Positions 38,479 through 49,154 of a DNA stretch of 64,000 nucleotides are shown in pieces. Location of the stretch: NCBI GenBank assembly GCA_965217895.1, contig CBDCJV010000002.1:3456001-3520000 (forward strand), given 5' to 3'. The stretch is from Waterburya sp. GTDB lineage: Bacteria > Cyanobacteriota > Cyanobacteriia > Cyanobacteriales > Xenococcaceae. The notes below the pieces were generated by a model. The model searched no databases, was not told where the DNA came from, and saw only the letters and a list, made by a program, of their open reading frames with translations. Positions within the stretch are counted from its first letter, which is position 1. Every line of letters begins with the position of its first letter. A program made the translations under genes and the position numbers.

Positions 38479-39868
38479 TAGCCCTTTTGTGTCAGTTTCC
38501 GATAATTAAACTATAATAGAAAAAGTACTTGGTAGCTGTGAGGTAGATAGGGTAATGGATGTAGAACTACAGATTCTCAGACATTTAAAAAGAGATCCTC
38601 GACCAACCGTTTCCCTCGTCGATCAATATTGCTCTGCTTATAATGACTTGTTTTCTGATGTGAGAAGCTATGAATGTTTTAAATATTTACATCAAGGAAT
38701 AATCTCACCAATTAAGCGTAAATCATTACCTGAAATAGCGAAAGTTGTTGGAGTATCTTCGCCCCAATCATTGCATCATTTCTTGGCTTCTTGATGCAGT
38801 CGCTCATGGGGGAAACCCCCACCGCAAGCGTGGAATAAGCTGCTTGCGAAGCAGCATTACCGCTTGCAAAGACCGCGCTGCATCGCTAATTCACCTTGGT
38901 CGGTAGAAGAATTAAGAACCAAAAGACTGAACTCAACTCGGAAGGTATTGAAAGACCAAGAAATTACATTAGTAATAGATGAAACAGGAGATCGAAACAA
39001 AGGCAAAAAAACTGACTATGTGGCGAGGCAATATCTTGGTAGTGTAGGCAAAGTAGATAACGGCATTGTTTCTGTCAACGCCTATGGAGTCTATGAAAAT
39101 ATCACTTTTCCTCTAATGTTTAAAGTTTTCAAAATTAGAGAAATACAAACTACCCTGGGTCTTGGCAATTAGAAGCAACCAAGGGGTCTGGCTGTCCTCC
39201 GAGCAAAAAGTTAGAGCAAATAAGTGGTGCAAATTCACAAGAACTTTTAGCGATCAATCATCTGAAACTAGATAGATCAGAGAAATAATTTATGGCAAAC
39301 GGAATAAAAGAACTTATTGGGAAGTAACCAGCGATCCTGAAACTATGCCCGAAAATTCGACTTATGAGTGTGATGACTAATCTACAATTAAGCCGAAGTA
39401 AAATGAAGAAGACTTTGGGCAACTTGTACGGATTAAGAACGTGGGTTGAATATGGATTTAGACAATGCAAACAAGAACTGGGATGGACTCATTATCGATT
39501 CACTAATTTTCAGGAGATTGAAAAATGGTGGTCAATAATTTTTTCAGCTTACTGGATGGTTAGTTCTTACTCTAAAGTCTTATATGACTTAAGTTTAATT
39601 CAAGAGCGTGTTAGTGATTTTTCTCTTCATCTACAATGGTCGAATAAAGGGGGATGGAAGACTACTTTAAATAATCTACGTTTAATCATTCAACCAACAA
39701 TTGTATTCTGGATGATTATTCCCTGGTTAGACATTTTTCCTAACCGTTCTTTACTACTTGGTTTTCATCGACTCATCGCTACGATGAATCAATTCTCTTT
39801 CTATTTGCCTGATGGTTAAATCTTTTTTCTACTACTCTTTAAACTCGGAAACTGACAAAAGAGGGCTA
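38479..39868 (+). mobile_element. Decayed IS701-family insertion sequence
   Basis: 24-bp TIRs TAGCCCTTTTGTGTCAGTTTCCGA / TCGGAAACTGACAAAAGAGGGCTA (22/24); transposase fragments IDETGD, VARQYLG..GKVDNG, RTWVEYGFRQCKQELG in broken frames. Confidence 0.9.
38789..38887. repeat. 99-bp nested short dispersed repeat inserted in IS701 transposase
   Basis: GATGCAG...CTGCATC outer stem, GGGGGAAACCCCC hairpin, inner GCAAGCG...CGCTTGC and GCTGCTTGCGAAGCAGC hairpins. Confidence 0.75.
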
Positions 39869-39974
39869 TAGAAGATATCTATAGTACTCATCGTCTTTAC
39901 TATATTTTTTGAATCAACACAGAAGCCTATAATAATCACAACAAGCAACATTTCAAGATTCTGGAGAAATTCTT

Positions 39975-40973
39975 ATGGCGCGGATGTATTACGATGAAGA
40001 TGCCAACTTAGACCTACTTAAAGATAAAACGGTAGCAATTATTGGCTATGGTTCTCAGGGACACGCCCACGCTCTAAACCTCAAAGATAGCGGTGTAAAC
40101 GTAATTGTTGGCCTATATCCTTCAAGTAAATCAAAAGCCAAAGCAGAAGCCAATGGTTTAAAAGTTCATTCTGTAGACGATGCAGCAAAAGCAGCGGATC
40201 TAATTATGATTCTGCTACCAGATGAGGTTCAAAGGCAAGTTTATACCGAGCAAATTGCACCACACTTAACAGACGGTAAAATGTTAGCCTTTGCTCACGG
40301 GTTCAATATTCACTTTGGTCAAATTGTTCCTCCTAGCACGGTAGACGTGATGATGGTTGCACCAAAAGGGCCTGGACATTTAGTTAGACGTACTTATACT
40401 CAAGGACAGGGTGTACCTTGTCTGTTTGCAGTTTATCAAGATGCAACTGGTCAAGCACGCGATCGCGCTATGGCTTATGCTAAAGGTGTAGGTGGCACAA
40501 GAGCAGGTATCTTAGAAACCTCCTTTAGAGAAGAAACCGAAACAGATTTATTTGGCGAACAGGCTGTTCTTTGTGGTGGCTTGAGTGCCTTAATCAAAAC
40601 TGGTTTTGAAACCTTAGTTGAAGCGGGCTATCAGCCAGAATTAGCTTATTTTGAATGTCTGCACGAAGTTAAGCTAATTGTCGATTTAATTGTCGAAGGT
40701 GGTTTAGCCAAGATGCGCGACAGCATTTCCAATACGGCCGAATATGGTGACTATACCCGTGGTCCGAGAATAGTTAACGAAAGTACTCGCGCGGAGATGC
40801 GTAAAATTCTCCGAGAAATTCAACAGGGAGACTTTGCCAGAGACTTTATTCTCGAAAACCAAGCTGGTAAGCCTGGATTTACTGCTACTCGCCGTTTAGA
40901 ATCAGAGCATCCTATCGAAGAAGTAGGTAAAGATGTTCGCGCTCACTTTAGCTGGCTTAAAAATGACCAGTAA
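39975..40973 (+). CDS. ilvC: Ketol-acid reductoisomerase
   Basis: [40 protein letters not shown]. Confidence 0.98.
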   Translation: MARMYYDEDANLDLLKDKTVAIIGYGSQGHAHALNLKDSGVNVIVGLYPSSKSKAKAEANGLKVHSVDDAAKAADLIMILLPDEVQRQVYTEQIAPHLTDGKMLAFAHGFNIHFGQIVPPSTVDVMMVAPKGPGHLVRRTYTQGQGVPCLFAVYQDATGQARDRAMAYAKGVGGTRAGILETSFREETETDLFGEQAVLCGGLSALIKTGFETLVEAGYQPELAYFECLHEVKLIVDLIVEGGLAKMRDSISNTAEYGDYTRGPRIVNESTRAEMRKILREIQQGDFARDFILENQAGKPGFTATRRLESEHPIEEVGKDVRAHFSWLKNDQ

Positions 40974-41078
40974 TGAAAATAATGCTTTAAATTTATATTT
41001 TTGAGGCAAAAAAATCGGTTGACGTTACAATTTCCTCCCGTAATTAATTAACATAACAATTGATAAAACCTATAAACC

Positions 41079-41260
41079 TAGTAGGGGCGAATCGCCTTTC
41101 GGGTTCGACATCGGAAAGCATTCCCTTGCGCCTTGCGTCGGCGCGGGGTCTTTCCTCAGTTTGCTTATGTCGGTGAAACCGCAAGTCGAGCATTCCCTTG
41201 CGTCTTGCGCCGACGCGGGATCTCGGCCCACCGCAACTGTCTCACGAATCGCCCCTACTA
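41079..41260. repeat. REP-like element (TAGTAGGGGCGA termini) with nested small repeats
   Basis: 16-bp terminal inverted repeats (15/16); internal 35-bp unit twice (41117, 41189). Confidence 0.75.
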
Positions 41261-41268
41261 ATTCTGAA

Positions 41269-41463
41269 TTAAAGCATAGGTTCTTTGTTCAAATGAACAT
41301 CAATAATTTCCTTGCGAGGTAACAAACCAATCAAAAAATCATTAATATTGGTTTTTAATTGTTGACTACCACTACTATATGGTTGAGGTAAAAACAAGTC
41401 TCCAGCCATAATAAAAGTAACTGAAACAGTCAAACAAAATTCAACAAATAATTTCCAACGCAT
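41269..41463 (-). CDS. Small hypothetical membrane protein
   Basis: 64 aa with N-terminal hydrophobic segment. Confidence 0.45.
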   Translation of the reverse strand: MRWKLFVEFCLTVSVTFIMAGDLFLPQPYSSGSQQLKTNINDFLIGLLPRKEIIDVHLNKEPML

Positions 41464-41738
41464 TTTTGTTAAACCAAATTTTGAATTTAATCGTCCTTAA
41501 ATAGCAGATTAAGCGATTATTTAGAAATATATAAAAGCTCGATGAATTAAGGCTTGTAATACTCTAAGTTTAATTACTTTAATATTAAATAACTTCAGTA
41601 TTCATACTAAATAAATTAGCTTCTATATAAATAAAACTTAAGAGTTTTCCCCAATAAAAAACCGCTCCTAGAAACAACTAGAAGCGGAGAAGTAATTTAT
41701 TCAACAAATATGCAATAGGCTTAATCTATTACTGTAAA

Positions 41739-42467
41739 TTAATCACGACTATTCATCGCCAGCAATAAACGCAGAATAAATACAAATAGATTGATGTAAG
41801 TAAGATACATCGAGAGTGCAGCAGGTAAATACTGTTCGTCTTTATAGGTGCGAGGTAAGATATAAAAATCTACCACAGCCACACCTGCAAACAAAGCCAC
41901 ACCTAAACCAGAGATAGCTACTTCTAGCCAGCTTGGAGTATAAACACCAAATAGAGAAAGAAGTAATTGTCCTACTAAGACAACTAATAAAGCAGTAACA
42001 CCGAGACGTACTGTTTGTGCGAGAGCCAAACCGTCTTCGTCGCTGAGGTTTGAGCCGATTTTGCGCCCAACTATAAAGGTGACACCACAGCCAAGGGCAG
42101 CAATTCCTACACCCTGTATACCTACCCCTGAATTACTAAGAGCGAGATGAACGATACCACTAAGGGTATATCCCGATAAAAGACTATAAAGAGCTAATAA
42201 AGGTAAAGCGGTACTGTTGTTTCCCTGGTTCGCCACTCCACGAGCCACAAAGAAAAGAACTAACTCGGCAATCATTGCCCCAATAAAGGTGGGCATGAAT
42301 AAATCTGGACGAGAAGCAATTACGCCTAAACCGCCATAAGTTCCTAAAGCAGTTAACACCAAACCACCACCTAAATAAGGTAAAGCGTTGGGAATTACAT
42401 TTGGTCCGAGGATCTCCTGTCCTTGAACCTCCTGCATTGCTTTTCTAAAATTACTACTACTACTCAT
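41739..42467 (-). CDS. Bax inhibitor-1/YccA family membrane protein
   Basis: Multiple TM helices; ALSMYLTYINLFVFILRLL. Confidence 0.9.
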   Translation of the reverse strand: MSSSSNFRKAMQEVQGQEILGPNVIPNALPYLGGGLVLTALGTYGGLGVIASRPDLFMPTFIGAMIAELVLFFVARGVANQGNNSTALPLLALYSLLSGYTLSGIVHLALSNSGVGIQGVGIAALGCGVTFIVGRKIGSNLSDEDGLALAQTVRLGVTALLVVLVGQLLLSLFGVYTPSWLEVAISGLGVALFAGVAVVDFYILPRTYKDEQYLPAALSMYLTYINLFVFILRLLLAMNSRD

Positions 42468-42633
42468 GATCTAAAATTTATATTTACACTTTTATGTTGC
42501 TGATTAATATTGATTCTAATTCAACTAGCAATTTTAAGGTGTGGGAAGATTACCGAATCTTTGAGTTTCTTCTGTTAAAGATTAATAAAAACTCAGAAAC
42601 CAGATATATTGAGTTAATTCTAATCTTGTGAGC

Positions 42634-44115
42634 TTAAGCAGATTTACCGTTGTAATTTTCAAGGGACTTTGATGCTGTTGCCAGAGCGATCGCTTTACGG
42701 CGAGTTTCCATGACTGCACCAATTTCTTGTCTAAGGCGAGTACTGCGCTCTAAAGCGATCTGCATCGCTTCAATTGGTAGAATTAATAGTTCTAAGTCAG
42801 ATAATGCCGTGACCGCAACAGGACTAATACTTTTCCCTGACAGTGCTGACTCACCAAAAAAGTCGCCATCATTAAGTATCGCTACTTCCTGTTCTGCCAA
42901 GGAATCTTTTTCCCTAATCGTTACAGAAGCTCTGCCCTGAATTATTATATACAGTCCAGCAGTATGATTGCCTATGGCGATCGCTTTTTCTCCTTCGCCA
43001 AAAAACTTAATTGTGGCATCTTGTGCCAATTCTGTCAGTATTTCTTGATCGACACTGCCAAAGCTAGGAAAACTATGCAGATGTTCTATATAGCCATTGA
43101 TTATCTCGCTGGATTTAATCTTCGCTGGCGGATTATGATACAGAGTCCGAATAGGAAAAGGAATATTTAAGCCATGACGCTCGGCTGCATACCAAACGCG
43201 AGTCACAAATTCATCGCGAATTTGCGGAACTTTATCGTAATCTGCTAAAAACATTCGCACTCGATAACCAATTGAAGAATCATCATAAGAAATAGTCTGA
43301 ATTACTGGCTCTGGCTTGTCTAACACTCCTTTGGTTGCCAAAGCCGTTTCTTTCATTACCCGCTTTACTTTATTGGGTGGGTCATTATAAGAAAAACCTA
43401 CGTCTACTGCTTCAACATGAAGTTTTTGCGGACGACGATAGTTACGGATAGTTGCACCTGCCAAGACTGCATTAGGAATAATCATCATTTCTAACTGCCT
43501 AGTCAGCAAATGAACCGAACGCCAGTTAATCTCAATGACTTTGCCCGTAATACCATCAACCTCAATCCAATCTCCTTCAGTAAAGGGACGTTCAAACAGT
43601 AAGGCAATACCCGAAAACAAGTTACCTAGAGTATCTTGTAAAGCCAAACCAATCACAATTGAACCAACGCCCAAAGCAGCAAGCAAGCCACCCAAATCTG
43701 CTCCCCAAACTACAGACAGCACCAAAGCAAGACCACAAAGAATCAGAAAGACGCGACTCAAATCGCGAAACAGTCTGGGAACATTGGCTTGCCAACTATC
43801 TGCCTGTGCCTGATTAAACAACAGACCATTAACTACGGTTAAAGAGCCATGAATTACAAATAACCATAGCCCAGTCTGTACCAATCGCAACGGTGTACTT
43901 TCTGGGGATAGTCCGACTATCTTATTGAGCAGAATAAATAGAGCTAAACTGGGAAAAATCAAATTACGAATAATTCGCAGAGTTGCCACCAGTAGTTTAT
44001 CTTTTGGTTTTGCTCGATAACTAATTTCTCCTAGCAATAGCGTCAGCAAGGGAAAGCCGACAATTAATGTTGCGCCCCAAATAAACCAATCCTGTTGCCA
44101 AAAAGACTCTTGCAT
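42634..44115 (-). CDS. MscS-family mechanosensitive channel with cyclic nucleotide-binding domain
   Basis: GLALQDTLGNLFSG, IPFP; C-terminal GDFFGE cNMP motif. Confidence 0.92.
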   Translation of the reverse strand: MQESFWQQDWFIWGATLIVGFPLLTLLLGEISYRAKPKDKLLVATLRIIRNLIFPSLALFILLNKIVGLSPESTPLRLVQTGLWLFVIHGSLTVVNGLLFNQAQADSWQANVPRLFRDLSRVFLILCGLALVLSVVWGADLGGLLAALGVGSIVIGLALQDTLGNLFSGIALLFERPFTEGDWIEVDGITGKVIEINWRSVHLLTRQLEMMIIPNAVLAGATIRNYRRPQKLHVEAVDVGFSYNDPPNKVKRVMKETALATKGVLDKPEPVIQTISYDDSSIGYRVRMFLADYDKVPQIRDEFVTRVWYAAERHGLNIPFPIRTLYHNPPAKIKSSEIINGYIEHLHSFPSFGSVDQEILTELAQDATIKFFGEGEKAIAIGNHTAGLYIIIQGRASVTIREKDSLAEQEVAILNDGDFFGESALSGKSISPVAVTALSDLELLILPIEAMQIALERSTRLRQEIGAVMETRRKAIALATASKSLENYNGKSA

Positions 44116-44162
44116 ATTTTAGTTATCCGTTTTGATTTCCTCATCCCTCATCCTTCATCCCT

Positions 44163-46304
44163 TTAATATGGTTTAGTAGCCCAAACAGCCATCCTCCCTT
44201 TGCCAGACATTTCCAACTCTTTGGCTGGCTCAAAGTCTTCAATAAACTCAGCAATCCGACTATGAACATTTTGGGTAACCTGAATGGTATTCCATTCTCC
44301 CTGAGACTGGAGGCGATTAGCAATATTGACTGTATCGCCCCACAAATCATAAATAAATTTATCTTTACCCACAATACCTGCGACTACTGAACCTGAGTTT
44401 ATGCCAATCCGCAGTTGGAGATTCATATTTTTATCTTGATTAAAGCGACGAACAATCCGCAGCATATCTTTAGCAAAATCAATAATTCTTTTAGCATGAT
44501 CGATACGAGGCACAGATAAACCACTGACTGCCATGTAGCTACTACCGATGGTTTTGACTTTTTCTACTCCGTGTCTTTCTGCTGCATCGTCAAAAGCACT
44601 AACTAAATCATTCAGGAAGACTATGGTTTCACTAGCGGGTAAAGTTTCTGAAAGCTCTACAAAGCCACCTAAATCAGCAAATAATACCGTAACGTTGGAA
44701 AAGGTATCGCCGATGCTTTCTTCGCCTTTTTTCACTCTTTGAGCTACTGGTTCTGGCAGGATACTCAACAATAAAGCTTCATTTTCCTGATGTTTTTCTT
44801 GAACTAGTTTCTTTTGATGGTCTAAACTATCTACCATCTCATTAAAAGAATCACCAAGTTCACGAAATTCATCTCTTGACTTTATTTTGACTCGAACATC
44901 AGTATTACCTTTGCCTACCTGACGGAAGCCATCAATTAAAGTACGGATAGGACGGACAAAATAGTAGGAAAGTATGGAGGCAATTAAGGTAACTAACAAG
45001 ACAATAATTGCCGTTGCTAATAATACCTTATGCTGAAAATTATTAATTGGCTCAAAGGCTTCTGCTGTATCTATCTGAGCGTTGATTACCCAGTCTAAAT
45101 CATCTAATTCTAAGGGACGATAAGCATTGAGGGTACTTACTCCTCGATAATCCTCAACCACCGCAAAACCTGTTTGATTATCTAGTGCCGCTTCAGTAGC
45201 TGGAGTATGTATTTCTTGATGCAGTATAGAAGTATTAAGCAGTTTTATTTGCGCAATTTCATCTTTTGCTAAGCCTTTTGCTTCTATAGCCTGGAAATAT
45301 TTTTTTGGTTGTTCAATTAGAAAGCGTGAGGTGCTGCGCATCCCATAATCTGACCCTACTAAATATGTCTCCCCTGTTTTACCCAAGCCATTTTGCGACC
45401 AGTTCTGATCGCTAGTCATAATTCGGTCGATTTCATCAGTAGATAACTGGAAAGCTAGGACACCAATTAATTTTGAATCATCAAATATTGGGCTGGCAAC
45501 AAAGGCTGCGGGAGCACCATAAGAGCCACGATAAGGTTCAAAATCGGAGATTGCTATAAAACCTGGATTTCTCCCCTGGCTTGCTTTTTTTACTATATCT
45601 GCCAAGCTACTGCTAGCATAAGGGCCATTGTAAATATTGGTAGCAAAATCGGTTTGTTTTTCGACCGAATAGAGTATGTTACCTGCTTGGGCATCAATCA
45701 GTAATAAATCATAATAATTGAATTTTTCAATAAAATTGCGAAAAATTGGCTGTATTTGGTTATGAATATCGCTATAGCTACTACCGTCATTAGCATTATT
45801 TAAAAATTCTTTTTCGCCAACAGGATTTGTATTGGCAGCAATATATTGATATTGAAGATAGCGAGAGGCGGTTTCGTGAGGAAGATAAGAATAGAGTAGG
45901 GGTTTGCCTTCTGTATTTTGCTCTAGCTTGGGTAAAAATTCTTGACTGTAGTAGTTTTTAAGCTTATCGTTCCAACTAATTGGCAAGGATTCTGCGTTTA
46001 ACTTTTGGAAAGCTACTTTTAGGTTCTTCACCGCCTCGACAACGCTGCCCATTTCGCTAGTAGTTTCTACTTGAGCGCGAACTTTTTCAAAGTAATCTTC
46101 AATTTCGTATGCCTTATTTTCCCGTAAGCTAACTAATTGATTTTCGATACTGCGATCGAGAGCTTGGCGACCATTATTATAACCTACATAGGCGATCGCA
46201 ATAATTGAACTAATGCAGACAGCCAGCAGCATCAGCATTAGCTTAGACTGAATAGTTAATTTTCCTAGCAAGTTTTTATATTCCTTTTTATTACGACTGA
46301 CCAA
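44163..46304 (-). CDS. Adenylate/guanylate cyclase with periplasmic Cache-like sensor and HAMP
   Basis: VTVLFADL, KVKTIGSSYM, RIGINSG, YDLWGDTVNIANRL. Confidence 0.92.
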   Translation of the reverse strand: MVSRNKKEYKNLLGKLTIQSKLMLMLLAVCISSIIAIAYVGYNNGRQALDRSIENQLVSLRENKAYEIEDYFEKVRAQVETTSEMGSVVEAVKNLKVAFQKLNAESLPISWNDKLKNYYSQEFLPKLEQNTEGKPLLYSYLPHETASRYLQYQYIAANTNPVGEKEFLNNANDGSSYSDIHNQIQPIFRNFIEKFNYYDLLLIDAQAGNILYSVEKQTDFATNIYNGPYASSSLADIVKKASQGRNPGFIAISDFEPYRGSYGAPAAFVASPIFDDSKLIGVLAFQLSTDEIDRIMTSDQNWSQNGLGKTGETYLVGSDYGMRSTSRFLIEQPKKYFQAIEAKGLAKDEIAQIKLLNTSILHQEIHTPATEAALDNQTGFAVVEDYRGVSTLNAYRPLELDDLDWVINAQIDTAEAFEPINNFQHKVLLATAIIVLLVTLIASILSYYFVRPIRTLIDGFRQVGKGNTDVRVKIKSRDEFRELGDSFNEMVDSLDHQKKLVQEKHQENEALLLSILPEPVAQRVKKGEESIGDTFSNVTVLFADLGGFVELSETLPASETIVFLNDLVSAFDDAAERHGVEKVKTIGSSYMAVSGLSVPRIDHAKRIIDFAKDMLRIVRRFNQDKNMNLQLRIGINSGSVVAGIVGKDKFIYDLWGDTVNIANRLQSQGEWNTIQVTQNVHSRIAEFIEDFEPAKELEMSGKGRMAVWATKPY

Positions 46305-46400
46305 CGGTCACAGATCACCTGTGATTATTAATCAATCAATTTTAAATTAACAAGTAATTATATGTAAGATTGTTTTTTAGATGTTGCCAAATGTAGTTTA

Positions 46401-46565
46401 TTGACATACTACCCGACCTGAAGGTACGGGAATTCTGGTTATTAGTCCCTGCGGTGGGTACACCTTGGCTAGTTTTAGTACTTAATTGACTACTAAAAAC
46501 TAAAGACTAAAAACTACGAGCAAGTTGCCGTTCACGGCGAGGCTTGAAACCCAAAGCGATGGTAA
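46401..46565 (-). mobile_element. IS200/IS605-type right-end remnant without transposase/TnpB
   Basis: Minus strand ends GAATTCCCGTACCTTCAGGTCGGGTAGTATGTCAA, subterminal hairpin plus TCAA. Confidence 0.55.
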
Positions 46566-46568
46566 GCC

Positions 46569-47480
46569 TTACCAATCATCTTCGTGATTTTGTCTTTCTA
46601 ATAAAGATATAGCCAAAGCGATCGCTTTTTTTACTCCTTCGTCTTTTTCTTTGTCTAAAGCAGTCTCTAAAGAAGCGAGGGAATTGCGATCGCCAATTTT
46701 CATTAAGGATAAAGCTGCTGATTTGCGAGTTTCTGCCTCTGCATGATTTAGCAATAATCTTAAATCAGGAATAGCTGGCTGATATTTTAGGTTACCTAAT
46801 ACTGCTGCTGCTTCACTGCGAACGTTGGTTGCAGGATCTTGTAAAGATGTAACTAATAAATTCAGTGCTTTGGCATCATGACGATCTTCTTCTACTACTT
46901 TAGCGATCGCACCTACCACCGCAGCCCGCACTTCAGGAGAGTCTGAGTCATAAACTTCATATAGCTTATCTTTTGCCTTAGCACCAATAAACGCTAAAGC
47001 CCAAGCTGCATGACCTTTATTGCTTTCAGTAGATTCCTTGGCAGCTAAGACTTCTAATAAAGGCGTTACTGATGCTTCCCCTGTCCGCGCCAGTGCGCCA
47101 ATAGCAGAGGCTTGCACCACCGTATCTTCGTCGTTTAATAGTGCCTGGATTAAATAAGGGACAGCCTGGGGATCTTCAATCAAAGTTAGAGTTTTTCCTG
47201 CTGCTCTTCTCACCACTGCGTTAGAGTGATGTAATAAGGCATCGATCAATAGATTTACGGCGGGTTTACCTACCTCTCCTAAAGCTTCTGCATAGCCCAG
47301 CCTGACCATTCCCCGCGTATCTCCTAAGCATTCCACCATTTGCCACAAAAGCTGTTGGTCACTATGGTCAAATGTTCCTTGAGCAAGCTGCTGATTTATT
47401 TTGGCTAACAGTTCGTCTGTTTCTTCGTGATTAAGTAGCAGCGTCTCGCCATTCTTAGAAGTGTTAGGCGTATTAGTCAT
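46569..47480 (-). CDS. HEAT-repeat (phycobilin lyase-like) protein
   Basis: Repeated VRxAAAxALG units; DTRGMVRLGYAEALG. Confidence 0.85.
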   Translation of the reverse strand: MTNTPNTSKNGETLLLNHEETDELLAKINQQLAQGTFDHSDQQLLWQMVECLGDTRGMVRLGYAEALGEVGKPAVNLLIDALLHHSNAVVRRAAGKTLTLIEDPQAVPYLIQALLNDEDTVVQASAIGALARTGEASVTPLLEVLAAKESTESNKGHAAWALAFIGAKAKDKLYEVYDSDSPEVRAAVVGAIAKVVEEDRHDAKALNLLVTSLQDPATNVRSEAAAVLGNLKYQPAIPDLRLLLNHAEAETRKSAALSLMKIGDRNSLASLETALDKEKDEGVKKAIALAISLLERQNHEDDW

Positions 47481-47482
47481 TT

Positions 47483-47701
47483 CTAATTATTCTCAGTCAA
47501 ATTAGCTTGTTGTTCACGGATTCTTGCTAGTTTGCTATCAATTTCTGCTAGCTGTGGCTCTAGCTTGGCCATGGTTGCTTTTTTCGACAGCTTGGCTTTT
47601 TTTGCTGCTTCTAAAGTTTCGTTGACCAGGCGATCGCGGTATTGCTCAAATTCAACAATCAATTCTGCCAAATCTTCTGCCGTTACTGGAGTATCAGCCA
47701 T
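47483..47701 (-). CDS. Small coiled-coil hypothetical protein
   Basis: 72 aa, ends 2 bp before the HEAT gene start. Confidence 0.7.
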   Translation of the reverse strand: MADTPVTAEDLAELIVEFEQYRDRLVNETLEAAKKAKLSKKATMAKLEPQLAEIDSKLARIREQQANLTENN

Positions 47702-47868
47702 TTGCTATTTCCTAAAAGAATTATATTTATATTTTCAAACTTTACTAACTTTCACTGTTCACTATCTAAACAATGTTTTTTGAGTAATCGATAAAGTTAT
47801 CTAGCTACATAGCCAGTTGTTTTACCAATAATCAATTTACCAAACTTTCGTTTTACCTGACTTTTATT

Positions 47869-48552
47869 TCAAAGCCCCGTTTCCCGCATTGCTTCTAAAT
47901 AGTCGATCGCCGCCTTCAATTTATCCTCATAGGCATAGGAAAACTCTTCAAACCACTTCCCTTCTTCTGAACGTGGATTAAGCTTTACCAGCCACTCTTT
48001 AGCTGCTTCTCGTAATGCTTCTTTACGCCTGCGCTCTCGTAATTCTTCTCTCTTTTGTAGCTCTATAAGTTCTTGCTCATGGCGTTTTTGCTCGGCAAGC
48101 TTGGTTTCTTCCTGACGTTTAGTTTCGGCTATTTTCGCTTCTTCCTGACGTTTAATTTCGGCAAGTTTTTCTTCACGCTTGTGAGCCTGTCGGCGATAGT
48201 CTGTATCTATTAAGGCGTTCAGGCGATCGCGTGACATTAATTCCAACTGACCACGGGATTTAGCTGAGTGAGCCGTAGTATTAGGTTTATTTGGCTGGGC
48301 AGAGGATGTTGGTTTTTCTGGCATACTATTTGGTCTTCCTCTTCCTGATTCTAATTCTGCTCTCAACTCTGCTAGCATCTTATCCATTGAGGCTTTTGGC
48401 TTCGAGCTTTGGGGTGGCTGTTTTGCTGGGCGAGATTGAGATTGCCCATGATTAGATCTTCTAGATTGTTGTTTAGGCTCAAACTCCTCTTCCAACTGAG
48501 CCAGTAAATCATCCATATTTTTATCCGACATCAATACCATCCCCTTACTCAA
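47869..48552 (-). CDS. Coiled-coil protein, Slr1339-like salt stress family
   Basis: C-terminal EWL..L.P.SEEG.WFEEFSY.Y..KL.AAIDYL. Confidence 0.7.
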   Translation of the reverse strand: MSKGMVLMSDKNMDDLLAQLEEEFEPKQQSRRSNHGQSQSRPAKQPPQSSKPKASMDKMLAELRAELESGRGRPNSMPEKPTSSAQPNKPNTTAHSAKSRGQLELMSRDRLNALIDTDYRRQAHKREEKLAEIKRQEEAKIAETKRQEETKLAEQKRHEQELIELQKREELRERRRKEALREAAKEWLVKLNPRSEEGKWFEEFSYAYEDKLKAAIDYLEAMRETGL

Positions 48553-48571
48553 TGCTCATCTTAATTTTAAA

Positions 48572-49048
48572 TTATGCAGCAGCTAGAGTGTCAGCCAGAG
48601 GTTTCCAATTAACATAGCGATCGCCACCCATTTCTAAAACAACCTTTATTTTTGGCTCTTCTTTAGTCAAATTAACTAAGTACTGAATTTCTTGGCGGGA
48701 CAATATTTGTCCTTCCATAATCCACAGTGCTAATCCTTTGGCATTAGCAGGTAAAGAACTTAACTCATAAGTAGCAATTGGTGGTATGTAATAAATATCA
48801 CCAACCGCAGCATCTTGACCAATAGTTTTCTTACCCAGGTGAGGAGGACGAACTCCATGTACTCTAGTTAAATAAGCGTCTAAGTCCCCTAAACCTCTGG
48901 CGGTAATGTTAATAGTCTGATAGCCATACGCTCGCAAACGCCTTTGATAGCGTCCTTCAGATCCTCCTTCTAGAGGCATATACAAGCCCAATGCACCATT
49001 TTTTTCTAAAGCCCGAATAAATGATTTTCCAGTGGTAATTAGTGGCAT
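48572..49048 (-). CDS. ndhN: NAD(P)H-quinone oxidoreductase subunit N
   Basis: PLEGG.EGRYQRRLR, ARGLGD, HGVRPPHLGK. Confidence 0.96.
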   Translation of the reverse strand: MPLITTGKSFIRALEKNGALGLYMPLEGGSEGRYQRRLRAYGYQTINITARGLGDLDAYLTRVHGVRPPHLGKKTIGQDAAVGDIYYIPPIATYELSSLPANAKGLALWIMEGQILSRQEIQYLVNLTKEEPKIKVVLEMGGDRYVNWKPLADTLAAA

Positions 49049-49154
49049 AGCCTCTATATATTTGTCTTTATGTTGGTTTGTCTAAAATTATATTTCATCA
49101 GCTATCTTTAAAACTAGGTTAGTTTGGTTAAAAGGTTAAAAGTTAAGATTGGGT

